64,000 nucleotides of DNA from assembly GCA_963806035.1 (NCBI GenBank), contig CAWDWO010000007.1:53150-117149 (forward strand), given 5' to 3'. The notes beneath the pieces are model-generated. The model was not told the DNA's origin. It made no database searches and saw only the letters and a program-made list of their open reading frames with translations. The translations under genes and the position numbers were made by a program. The stretch is from Candidatus Krumholzibacteriota bacterium. GTDB taxonomy: Bacteria > Krumholzibacteriota > Krumholzibacteriia > JAJRXK01. Shown one piece after another: positions 1 to 8,349 of the stretch (position 1 is its first letter; each line of letters opens with the position of its first letter).

Positions 1-872
1 TCGGGGTGATCCGCGAGCGGCTTGGCCATGACCTCGTTCAAGAGAACCGGCCCGGGTCCCACTTGATATCCCAAGCTGGCGACCGCGGTGCTGTCGCTTC
101 CCCAAGAGAGCTGGAAACGATGGCGGCCGCGGCTCAGCCACGCTTCCACCCGGCTTTGCAGTGTGTCACCGGGAGCGGCCTGAAGGACCTGTTGTTCCAG
201 AGGAGTCGCGTCCAGGCTCCAACGCAGCGAGAATTCCTGCTGGGGAGCGAAACCATCGACTTGGGCGGAGAACTCGAGTGCGACCTCTCCGGGCATTGCC
301 AGGAAGGACGGCGAGGCACTCAGCCGCAGAAGATGCAGACTCTCGGCCCGCGCATTGGGACGGCCCGGAGTGGGAGGACTCAGGGCGGAGAAGTCCGCTC
401 GATTGTCGTCGCTGTCGGCGCCGTCGGGGATGCGACCCAAACTCTCACCTGAGACATCCGGCGCCGCTTCGCCCTCTCCCAGCCCTTCGATTTCGCCCCA
501 AGCCACTCGGTCGAGGATCGTCTCGTCGCGAGCCAACCACAGAGCATCCGGACCGTTCTGCAGATTCAGTGCTGCCTCGTCGTCCCTTCCTGCGACCTCG
601 GCCCCACCCACGAGATAGAACTCACCCGGTGCCAGACTGAGTCCCGCCTTCGCCGTCCACACCACACTTGGCTGTTCGGGCGCCGCACCATTGACGAAGA
701 GCAAACGGACGCCATCCAGAGAAATCGCGGTGTCGCCGTCGGCGTAGAGTTCCACGAACTCCCGGCCCCCGTCACTCCCCTTTGGATCGTAGAGAATCTC
801 GTTGAGAACGAGTTGAGCGTGCGCGCGGGCGGGAAGCGTGAGACAGAGCAGAAGACCGAGGATGCGAAGCAT
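1..872 (-). CDS. Secreted lamin-tail-domain (LTD) protein, partial (runs off the window start)
   Basis: Not in the ORF track; translated by hand. GGAGG RBS, then MLRILGLLLCLTLPARAHAQ (signal peptide), LVLNEILYDPKGSDGGREFVELY...LQNGPD...SLGRIPDG..DN..DF....PTPG. A second LTD starts VLLNEVMAKP. The frame is open to position 1. Confidence 0.85.
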   Translation of the reverse strand, partial: MLRILGLLLCLTLPARAHAQLVLNEILYDPKGSDGGREFVELYADGDTAISLDGVRLLFVNGAAPEQPSVVWTAKAGLSLAPGEFYLVGGAEVAGRDDEAALNLQNGPDALWLARDETILDRVAWGEIEGLGEGEAAPDVSGESLGRIPDGADSDDNRADFSALSPPTPGRPNARAESLHLLRLSASPSFLAMPGEVALEFSAQVDGFAPQQEFSLRWSLDATPLEQQVLQAAPGDTLQSRVEAWLSRGRHRFQLSWGSDSTAVASLGYQVGPGPVLLNEVMAKPLADHP

Positions 873-957
873 GTGACGCACCTCCCGGGAGACTCGAGCG
901 AAGGAGGCGCGAAATTTCTCAGTGCAAAAGCGAGAAAGAAGCCGGCGGCGAAAGAGC

Positions 958-3192
958 TCAGACGAGCCCCCAGCGCCGTCGGAGCATCCACTCCAGACTG
1001 AGCAACAGTAGAAGAGGAGCGAAGAGCTTGAAGCTCGCCCACAGAGGCGTGCGAGATCGAGTCACTTTGAGCTTGGACTTCAAAGGCAAATTGCGCGCCC
1101 ACTCGCTCAGCTCAGCCCTCGTGACCACGCTTCCACCGGTGGAGCGTGCAATGGACGCGAGCTGCGCGAAGTCTACGCCGGGATGCTGATACTCCACCGA
1201 GTAGGGATCCACGGCGAGCGAACTCCAGGGAGAAAAAATACGGCCCGAACTCTCCTCCAAGGCGAGTCGAAACTGGTAGTGGCCCGCGGGCAGAGGGGGA
1301 ATCGCGAGCTGTCTGCCTCCGGGCGGTCCATTTTGTGCCCGCTGCATGAGGGCGCGACCCAATACCGTGGTGTTCGAATCCGCGCCAGCAGAGGGTTCCT
1401 TTCTCCACTCGATCCACAGATCACTGCTCTCGTCCGGCTGACGACGAGCATCCAAGACCACCGCCCGCAAGAGTGCGTCCTCGCCACGCGCGACCACGGG
1501 TCGCGGAAGGATGAGTTGCAGACGCTTTCGGCTGGCGCCCTCGGCCAGGTAGTAGATGAGATTGCCCACCAGGGCCCGGTAAACGTCCTCCCCCTCTCGC
1601 TCGCCCAGCCGCCAGAAAGACCAGCTCCACATGGGAGCCGCCGACCAGCATGCCACCGTTCCCTTGGCGCTGCTCTTCAAGCTGAGCAACGGAGTCGTGC
1701 CTTCAGAGTCTTCCGCCTGCAGGAGAACGTCGGCGTCAGGCTTGGCAACGATGCCGTGAACTGCATCCCACAGGGGAGGCATTTGCTCCAGTCGCTCCAG
1801 CGGATCCCCCACCGAAGCGGGAAAGGCGAAGATCGGGCTCGAGATTCCCGCGGGAAGAAGTCGTACGCGATGCCGCGCGCGCTTCCATCGAGAGGCCGAG
1901 CTGAGCTGAACCGGCAAGAGTTCGCTGGCCTCGCGAGACAGCGAGCTGGGCGGCTGCCCGCGAGCCTCACCGAAGAGCACCCAGAGTCCGGCCCCTTCCC
2001 GCACCGAGGCGATCATGCCCGGAGCCCGCTCGCTCAGTTGCGCAAAATCTTCCAGAGAGAGGATGACCCAGGCGTCGACTCCGGCCGCCGCCGTGGCATC
2101 CACGGGCGGGGTCCATGTACTGTCGCTTCCGGCTTTCTGCCATCGATCCACCGCACGGTAGACGCCTTCGACATCGAAGCGTGGATCCTCGGCGAGACGA
2201 CGCCGCAGAAAATGAAAATCCCAACCGGGTCGCGACTGGACGATCATGATGTGCAGACGGTCCTTGAGAACTTCCGCGCCAATCTCGATCGCGTTGTTGT
2301 CCTGGAGCGCTTCGGAAGGAAGTGGGGTCAATCGCAGCACGCGGCGCAGCATACCCAGGCTGTCAGCCCGTACCACGAAACTCAAAGGGATGCGCCCGCC
2401 TCCTCTCGGCCAAGAAAAACTGAGCGTGTCCGGGCTGGCACCACCCTGCAAGATGGCGCGCGCATGTCCCGCGTTGGCGGATTCCACCACCGCCTCGGCC
2501 GTTATTTCGATCTGATCGCCGCGGTAAGCCACCGTGGGATAGTGGACGCGATCGAGACGTAGATCGCCTGGACCATTGCTGTCACCCACGGCGAGCGTGA
2601 ACACGGGCAGACTGAGGCCGCGCAGTGAGGGCAACTCCGGATCCGTGCTCCTGCCGTCACTCAAGAGCAGAATCGCCTGCAGATTGTCCTCCAGGTGGGA
2701 TTGCGCGGCCGACAAGAGGAGCGCGGGCAGATTGGTCCCCTCCTGCGAGCCTGCCTGCAGCTCGCGATGCAAACGGCGCGATCCTTCCGCGCTGAAAAGC
2801 TGTGGCTTTTCCGGCCGCCCGGACAGTTGCCTCTGGGCAAGCTCGGCCAGATCGCGCGCGTCCTGCAGGCGTGTCGAACCGTCGTGGGATTTCAAAGTCA
2901 TGCTGCCGCTGTCATCCACCAGCGTGAGCACGCTGGGCGAAAGCCGCTTGCTGTGACGCGAGAAGAGAACCGGCTCGAGAATCAAGAACAGCAGGAGCAG
3001 GAGTGCGCTGGCACGCAGAAGGCGCAGGATCCAGCGGCGGCTCGTGTTGAGCGAGGGCTGGGTGCGATGGTACGCGAGATACGATACGGCGAGTCCGACG
3101 ATCAAAAGCAGGATGACCAGTGACCAGTCGAGGGCGCCCTTGGGCCAGACGCTCAGTTTTGCCAAGGGGAGAGAAAGGGATGAGAGGGTCAC
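958..3192 (-). CDS. Membrane-anchored vWA-like / class I GATase-like domain protein
   Basis: Two N-terminal TM helices with LRLLR...LEP, a MIDAS-like VDDSGSM, LLSDG, an Ig-like region with DNN, a GATase-like region, and C-terminal LLSLEWMLRRRWGL. Confidence 0.75.
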   Translation of the reverse strand: MTLSSLSLPLAKLSVWPKGALDWSLVILLLIVGLAVSYLAYHRTQPSLNTSRRWILRLLRASALLLLLFLILEPVLFSRHSKRLSPSVLTLVDDSGSMTLKSHDGSTRLQDARDLAELAQRQLSGRPEKPQLFSAEGSRRLHRELQAGSQEGTNLPALLLSAAQSHLEDNLQAILLLSDGRSTDPELPSLRGLSLPVFTLAVGDSNGPGDLRLDRVHYPTVAYRGDQIEITAEAVVESANAGHARAILQGGASPDTLSFSWPRGGGRIPLSFVVRADSLGMLRRVLRLTPLPSEALQDNNAIEIGAEVLKDRLHIMIVQSRPGWDFHFLRRRLAEDPRFDVEGVYRAVDRWQKAGSDSTWTPPVDATAAAGVDAWVILSLEDFAQLSERAPGMIASVREGAGLWVLFGEARGQPPSSLSREASELLPVQLSSASRWKRARHRVRLLPAGISSPIFAFPASVGDPLERLEQMPPLWDAVHGIVAKPDADVLLQAEDSEGTTPLLSLKSSAKGTVACWSAAPMWSWSFWRLGEREGEDVYRALVGNLIYYLAEGASRKRLQLILPRPVVARGEDALLRAVVLDARRQPDESSDLWIEWRKEPSAGADSNTTVLGRALMQRAQNGPPGGRQLAIPPLPAGHYQFRLALEESSGRIFSPWSSLAVDPYSVEYQHPGVDFAQLASIARSTGGSVVTRAELSEWARNLPLKSKLKVTRSRTPLWASFKLFAPLLLLLSLEWMLRRRWGLV

Positions 3193-3341
3193 CGCGATTC
3201 CACTGCTCCGGGAAGGCTCTTGAAAGAGTCGGGGTGCGGGGCCGACCCGAGGTCCACGCGTTCCTTCGCGGCGAGGACGAAGTTAGGCGTGGAGGACTTG
3301 CTGAATACTCTACATACGATGGGACCCGATTCGCCACCCGG

Positions 3342-3373
3342 AAACAAAAGCGCCGGCGGAGTCCGCCGGCGCT
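3342..3373 (-). terminator. Rho-independent terminator after the STAS gene
   Basis: Perfect 11-bp stem AGCGCCGGCGG/CCGCCGGCGCT, 3-nt loop, then TTTGTTT on the minus strand. Confidence 0.85.
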
Positions 3374-3398
3374 CAGGAGTTCAGGAAAGCGGATTTTC

Positions 3399-3758
3399 TC
3401 AGGTCGTCGCCGATGCGCTCACGGCCTCTTCGACCGTGGCGAAGGCCTCGAGGATGTTCTGGAATTCCAACAGTTCGAACACTTCGTAGACGTCGGGAAC
3501 CATGCCAACCAAGCGTAAGTCGCCGCCGTTTTCGCGGATCTCGCGAATGACGCTGATGAAGATGCCCCAGCCGGCCGAGGAGATGTAGGAGACCCGTGAG
3601 AGGTCCACGATGATCTTGTAACGCTTCGACTGAATCAGGGACTTGATCTCCCTCTCGAATTCCGCCGAGGTGGTCGTGTCGATGTAGCCTGCCACTTCCA
3701 GGACCTGCTGATCCGGGCAGGATTCGTGCGCCTTCGAAATGACCATGATCCCATCCAT
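3399..3758 (-). CDS. STAS-domain anti-sigma factor antagonist (RsbV/SpoIIAA family)
   Basis: 119 aa; GYIDTTTS...IIVDLSRVSYISSAGWG (phosphoacceptor Ser motif)...GGDLRL....VYEVFELLEF. Confidence 0.93.
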   Translation of the reverse strand: MDGIMVISKAHESCPDQQVLEVAGYIDTTTSAEFEREIKSLIQSKRYKIIVDLSRVSYISSAGWGIFISVIREIRENGGDLRLVGMVPDVYEVFELLEFQNILEAFATVEEAVSASATT

Positions 3759-3814
3759 CGAAAGCCCATCTCTTTCTATGCTTGAGCTACCTTAGCTAAG
3801 CTATTGCAGCAGAA

Positions 3815-6337
3815 TTAGTTAGGTATTTTTCCCGTTCCGGTGTCCACGGGCTCCATTCCCGGCTCCTGCGACACTGGCGGCTGCTCTTCATCCGTGTGCA
3901 AGCTTTGGTCCAAGCCATCGCCGTGATCGGTCTGATTCTCCAAAGGGGCCCCCTTCTGGGGATTCAGCCCGCGGCGCCGCAGATAGAGGCGCCGTTTGGA
4001 CTCGTTGCTGAGGTCCAGGCGCACCAGCTCGTCGTAGACGATCTTGGCATTGGCCTCGTGACCCAGCTCGCAGAGGTGATCGGCCAGGCGTTTGGCACCC
4101 AGGCCTGGATCCTTTCGCACCAGCTCCAGAATCGCCTCGCGCCCTTCGACGGTGAGGCGCCGCATTCCGGACTGCGAGGCCCGGCCCGCGAGGGCCTCCT
4201 CTCCCCCGCGTTCTCTCATCCGTCGCCAGCGGTAGAAGGTGGAAACGGAGGTGCCGTAGCTCTGGCAGGCCTCCTCGATGCTCATCCCCTCGAGTTCCAC
4301 CATGTCCAGCAAGCGCTGCCGGCGCTCGATCTCCAGCGAGGCCGGCCGCAACTTCTCCTTCACCGCCACCACCGTGATGTCGTCGTTTTGCGCGTTGCCT
4401 CCGGTGAAGGCCGCGATGTCCTCGTTGAACGCGGCGATGAATTCCTCCGCCGTCCGTCCCGCATTCTTGCGCACACACTCGATGAGGCGCTGCTCGCCGT
4501 ACTGCTCACGTGCCGCATTCATCGCTTCGGTCACGCCATCGGTGTAGATGAGAAGCAGATCGTCCTGTTGCAGCTGGACCTTCTCCACTTCGATCGTCTT
4601 GGAGAACAGCTCCGGATCAGGCAGCGAAATCCCCACCGGGAACCCGGCTGGATTCAAGAAGAAGACCTCATCGGTTTCGATGCGATACAAGAGCATCGGA
4701 TTGTGACCGGCCGAGGAGTAGCTGATCACGCGATTGCGCGAATCGAGGATGATGTAGAACAGGGTGATGAACATCCCGCGGCGCATGTCCTCGGTAATGA
4801 AAGTGTTGACGCGGCTCATCACGTCGCTGGCCGAGTGATTTCCCCTCGCCTCCATGCGCATGGCGGTGCGGATCATCGTCATCACCAGACTGCCCGGGAT
4901 TCCCTTGCCCGAGACGTCCGCGACCACGATTCCCACCGTGTCCTCGTCCACCGCGAAGAAGTCGTAATAGTCGCCGCCGACCTCCGCTGCCGCGCGGTAC
5001 ATCGCTGCGATCTCGTAACCGGAGAGATCCGGCATCGCGGTCGGCAACAGGGTGTGTTGAATCTCCCGCGCGAGCTGCATTTCCTTCTGGAGTCGTTCCT
5101 GCTCGACCAAATGCGATTGTGCGTGACGGAACTTGGATGCAATTTCGTTGAACGCGGCCGCGATCGTGGAAATCTCCTCGGGACCGTGCACCTCGATGTC
5201 CTCCTCGAGCACGCCGTCCCCGATGGCCAGCACGCCCTCGGTGAGCTGCTGGATGGGGCGTACGAAGAGATTTACCATCACGAGTATGAGCAGAATTCCC
5301 ACCACCAGGATGATCAGCCCGATTCCCATGGCGTGCAAAAGCGCCGCGCGATAGTGCTGCTCCAGGTCCGAGGTCTTCAGTCCCAGCACCACTCGACCCA
5401 ATTCGACCCTCTTCCCGGATGGCCCTTCGATGTCCACCGGATAATTCAGCTGCAACACTCGTCCCGAGTCGAATTGGATGCGCGTCCATTCTCCCGCGTT
5501 CTTTCCATGATCGATGAGCCGGCCTGGCTCGGGATGCCAAGAATTGAAGAGATTGTCCAGGACGCTGTCGGCCCAAATGCTGCCGTCTTTCCCGTGCACT
5601 ACTCGAGCGAAGGCGATGGTGGAATCGTGACGCGCAAGTTCGCTGACGCCCTGTTGCAGAAGCGTCCGTTCCACCGAATAGGGATCGCTGCTCGCGAGCA
5701 CGCTCCTGGACTGCACCGCCAGATCACGCGCGAGCGCCTCAATCCGACTGAGGTCTTGATCGAAGATGGCCTGCCGCTGTCGAAAGTGCACGACCGAGAG
5801 GGCGAGGATCACCAGGAGTGCCAGCCCGAAGGAGGCGCGCAGGGTGAAGCGCATTCTCAAACTGCGGTGCAGAGCGGAGAACTGAATACCTGGAATCCAG
5901 CGATCGATGGACGGACGCCGATCCATGCACATCCGGAGTTCGTTGCTTCCGTCGACGGTCGTGTAGTCCACCTCGTCCATGATCCGATTGATGAGGTAGA
6001 TTCCGAGCCCGCCGCGCTTCCCGATCGCCACGTAGTGGTCCAGGTCCGGGACTGCAACCGAGCCAAAGTCGAAGGACTCACCGGTATCCTTCAGGATGAT
6101 CTCCACCTGACCGGCGAAGTACCTTACCCGGATGGTGATCTCGCCACCCTGATTGTGATAGGAATGCTGGATGATGTTCGTACAGGCTTCGTCCACCGCG
6201 AGCTTGAAATTGGCGGTGTCCGCCGGATCGAATCCGGCCTGCATGCAGATGCGTGCCACGAAATCGCGTACCTGAGCCAGGTGGCTCTCGCGGGCCTCGA
6301 TGACGAGCTCCGCCCTCTTGATCCGGCCGCCGATCAC
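3815..6337 (-). CDS. Membrane partner-switching protein: RsbW-type kinase + TM + extracytoplasmic domain + TM + HAMP + SpoIIE/PP2C phosphatase + C-terminal HTH
   Basis: Start reassigned to GTG at 6337 (GTGA overlap with the upstream stop). Kinase: LAVDEACTNIIQHSY, KDTGESFD, GGLGIYLINRIMD. HAMP: VRPIQQLTEGV...EEISTIAAAFNEI. PP2C: VGGDYYD, VADVSGKG, YTDGVTEA, DDITVVAV. HTH: SIEEACQSYGTSVSTFYRWRR. Confidence 0.9.
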   Translation of the reverse strand: MIGGRIKRAELVIEARESHLAQVRDFVARICMQAGFDPADTANFKLAVDEACTNIIQHSYHNQGGEITIRVRYFAGQVEIILKDTGESFDFGSVAVPDLDHYVAIGKRGGLGIYLINRIMDEVDYTTVDGSNELRMCMDRRPSIDRWIPGIQFSALHRSLRMRFTLRASFGLALLVILALSVVHFRQRQAIFDQDLSRIEALARDLAVQSRSVLASSDPYSVERTLLQQGVSELARHDSTIAFARVVHGKDGSIWADSVLDNLFNSWHPEPGRLIDHGKNAGEWTRIQFDSGRVLQLNYPVDIEGPSGKRVELGRVVLGLKTSDLEQHYRAALLHAMGIGLIILVVGILLILVMVNLFVRPIQQLTEGVLAIGDGVLEEDIEVHGPEEISTIAAAFNEIASKFRHAQSHLVEQERLQKEMQLAREIQHTLLPTAMPDLSGYEIAAMYRAAAEVGGDYYDFFAVDEDTVGIVVADVSGKGIPGSLVMTMIRTAMRMEARGNHSASDVMSRVNTFITEDMRRGMFITLFYIILDSRNRVISYSSAGHNPMLLYRIETDEVFFLNPAGFPVGISLPDPELFSKTIEVEKVQLQQDDLLLIYTDGVTEAMNAAREQYGEQRLIECVRKNAGRTAEEFIAAFNEDIAAFTGGNAQNDDITVVAVKEKLRPASLEIERRQRLLDMVELEGMSIEEACQSYGTSVSTFYRWRRMRERGGEEALAGRASQSGMRRLTVEGREAILELVRKDPGLGAKRLADHLCELGHEANAKIVYDELVRLDLSNESKRRLYLRRRGLNPQKGAPLENQTDHGDGLDQSLHTDEEQPPVSQEPGMEPVDTGTGKIPN

Positions 6338-8349
6338 TTGGGTCCGTCCTTCTCGCCGGCGCCCTGCTCGAGGCGGTCGATCCGTGCCTTGGCCTCTGCA
6401 ATGTTGTTCTGAGCGCCCTGGTTTCCGGGATCGATCTTCAAAATCTGCTCCCACTGTCGAATCGCTTCTTCGTAGTTGCCATCGGTGAAGGAACGGAGGC
6501 CCGCCAGGTAGTACTGGCGCACCTGCTTCTCCTCGCTCGGGCTGAGGCTGGCCGGTCCCGACCTGCGGTGGGCGATCTGGTCGAGAAGCGCCAAGGCTTG
6601 CGCATGCTTGGGCTCCCGCTTCAAAACCTCGCGGCAAAGCGCTTCAGCCTGGTCCAGCTCGCCTTTCGAGAACGCCTCGAGCGCTTCGGTGAAGCGGCGC
6701 TCCTGTGCCAGCTCCCCGCGGGCGCGTTCGGCGTCGGCCTGCGCTTGCTCGCTCTCATGGCGAGCGGCATCCAACTCCGCCTTCCAGCGCTTCAGGGCCG
6801 CGGCGGGAGCAGGATTATCCGGGTCGAGAGAGGCTACGACGCTCCAGGCATTCAATGCGGATTCCCAGTCGCCTGCCTCCTCCGCCGCGGTGGCTCGTGA
6901 GGATGCGCTTGCCATCGCGCTGGCCTCGAGGTCCTCCACCTGCTGACGGAGACGCGGCAGCATGGGATAGTCCGCAGCGAGATCGCCCAGAGCGTTCAAT
7001 TCCGCTCGCGCTTTCAGCGCATCGTGTTGGTCCAGCGCGGCCCGGAGTTGATTTTCGGTGTCTTCGATCCGGAGCGTGCGCCGCTGCTCGTCGGCCTTTT
7101 GCTGCGTGACGCGCTTTTCCAGCTGCTGCAGGCTTGCCAGCTGGGTCCTCAGAGAATCATCGGCCACACCAAGACTGCGGGCCCGCGCCAGGCTCTTCTG
7201 CGCGTCCTGGAGCGAATCCCGGCTGAGCGCATCCTGGAAATCCTGCACCGCACTCGTGATTTGGGCCTTGCGCCAGTTCTCCACGGCTTCCATGCGCGCC
7301 TGCATCAACTCTTTGGCCCGCAGTTCGTCGCGGTGACGGCGCCGATCCTTCATGTCCTGGCCGAAGTACCAGGAGAGGCTCAAGAACTGGGATGATCCCA
7401 ATTCTCCGCCCGAACGAAACGCATAGTCCACGGAGTAGTCCCGCCAGCGTCCACCCAGACCGGCGTTGAAATGGCCATCGTCGTAGCTGAGACGCAGGGT
7501 GTAGAGTCCTTGGTACTCGGCTTCCGCGCCCAGTCCGAGACGCTTGGCGGCGTACTGTGGTTTGTCGTAGACCGCGGCCAACTGGAGAGCCGTGTTCTCG
7601 CTGAATTCATGCCGTTTGCTCAGGGCAAAGCGCTGCGCATAGGGCAGCGTGTCTTCGCGCTCGATGAGCCTGAAGCTCGGTGCGATCAGATTCTGGTATA
7701 CAAAGGAGAGCCGGACTCCCCCGAGACGCGGAGGGACCCAGGCCAGGCCCAAGTCCATGCCACCGCTGGTGCTCTTCTCTTCCAGATCCAGGCTGTGGAT
7801 CTTGGCGCTCGTGCCCAAATCGAGCCTGCCGCCGAGGTACGGCAGCCTTCCCCCATATCCGTAACTCAAGAAAAGCTGTGTCTCTCCGTAGCTGATGCTT
7901 CCGGTGGGTCGGCTGGTACTGTCGTAGGTTTCGATGTCCCCCAGTTTGAGCCGCAGGAAGCCGATGCCGAAGCCTCCGGCGTTCAGAGTAGGATAGGCGA
8001 GTCCCAAGTAGCCGTAGGAGGCTCCGCCATCGAGACCGTAAAGACGGTTGTAGCTGAAGGTGAGCTGTGATCCTCGAGCATGGGGCAAGAGTGCCGGGTT
8101 CCAGAAGCAGGCGCTGGCATCATCGGCCAGGCCCACCATCGTCGATCCCAAACCCACTCCGCGCGCGGTAGGACCGAGCTTGAAAATAGACTCGGTGCCT
8201 CCACCGTCGTCCGCGGCTCGGGCCAATCCCGCAGGGAAGAAGCACATGAGCAGAAGCAGCAGAAGGGCAGAAGCCGCGGCTCCGCGCGCGTTCTCACAGC
8301 GCGAAGTGTGCCTCGAGGTGGGCACGAAGTTCGGATAGCCGCGCCTCAT
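6334..8349 (-). CDS. PorV/PorQ-family outer-membrane beta-barrel fused to coiled-coil and TPR repeats
   Basis: ATG at 8349 (ATGA overlap). Signal peptide, then GPTARGVGLG...ADDASACFWNPALL, alternating beta strands ending LSLSWYFG, then TPRs such as YYLAGLRSFTDGNYEEAIRQWEQILKIDPGN. Confidence 0.85.
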   Translation of the reverse strand: MRRGYPNFVPTSRHTSRCENARGAAASALLLLLLMCFFPAGLARAADDGGGTESIFKLGPTARGVGLGSTMVGLADDASACFWNPALLPHARGSQLTFSYNRLYGLDGGASYGYLGLAYPTLNAGGFGIGFLRLKLGDIETYDSTSRPTGSISYGETQLFLSYGYGGRLPYLGGRLDLGTSAKIHSLDLEEKSTSGGMDLGLAWVPPRLGGVRLSFVYQNLIAPSFRLIEREDTLPYAQRFALSKRHEFSENTALQLAAVYDKPQYAAKRLGLGAEAEYQGLYTLRLSYDDGHFNAGLGGRWRDYSVDYAFRSGGELGSSQFLSLSWYFGQDMKDRRRHRDELRAKELMQARMEAVENWRKAQITSAVQDFQDALSRDSLQDAQKSLARARSLGVADDSLRTQLASLQQLEKRVTQQKADEQRRTLRIEDTENQLRAALDQHDALKARAELNALGDLAADYPMLPRLRQQVEDLEASAMASASSRATAAEEAGDWESALNAWSVVASLDPDNPAPAAALKRWKAELDAARHESEQAQADAERARGELAQERRFTEALEAFSKGELDQAEALCREVLKREPKHAQALALLDQIAHRRSGPASLSPSEEKQVRQYYLAGLRSFTDGNYEEAIRQWEQILKIDPGNQGAQNNIAEAKARIDRLEQGAGEKDGPK

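Noticed and set aside
566..1102. Track ORF 566..1102 (-), 178 aa
   Set aside because: Wrong frame; the LTD gene starting at 872 has the RBS, signal peptide and domain motifs.
1371..1390. GTTCGAATCC, resembling a tRNA T-arm
   Set aside because: Lies inside the vWA-like CDS with no acceptor, D or anticodon stems.
3965..4330. Active IS element
   Set aside because: Only the HTH arm is present, fused in frame; no DDE catalytic domain, terminal repeats or target duplication seen.
3896..6412. Long plus-strand ORFs (3896..6412, also 1183..2562, 16773..18344, 25227..26846, 28427..30007, 35406..37514, 40363..42021)
   Set aside because: Antisense shadows of real genes in GC-rich DNA, with no recognisable motifs.
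6338..6637. N-terminal extensions on track ORFs (e.g. starts at 6637, 8454, 22949, 25317, 30043, 31840, 38989, 49743)
   Set aside because: Most overlap upstream genes or promoters; downstream starts with an RBS or 4-nt overlap fit better.
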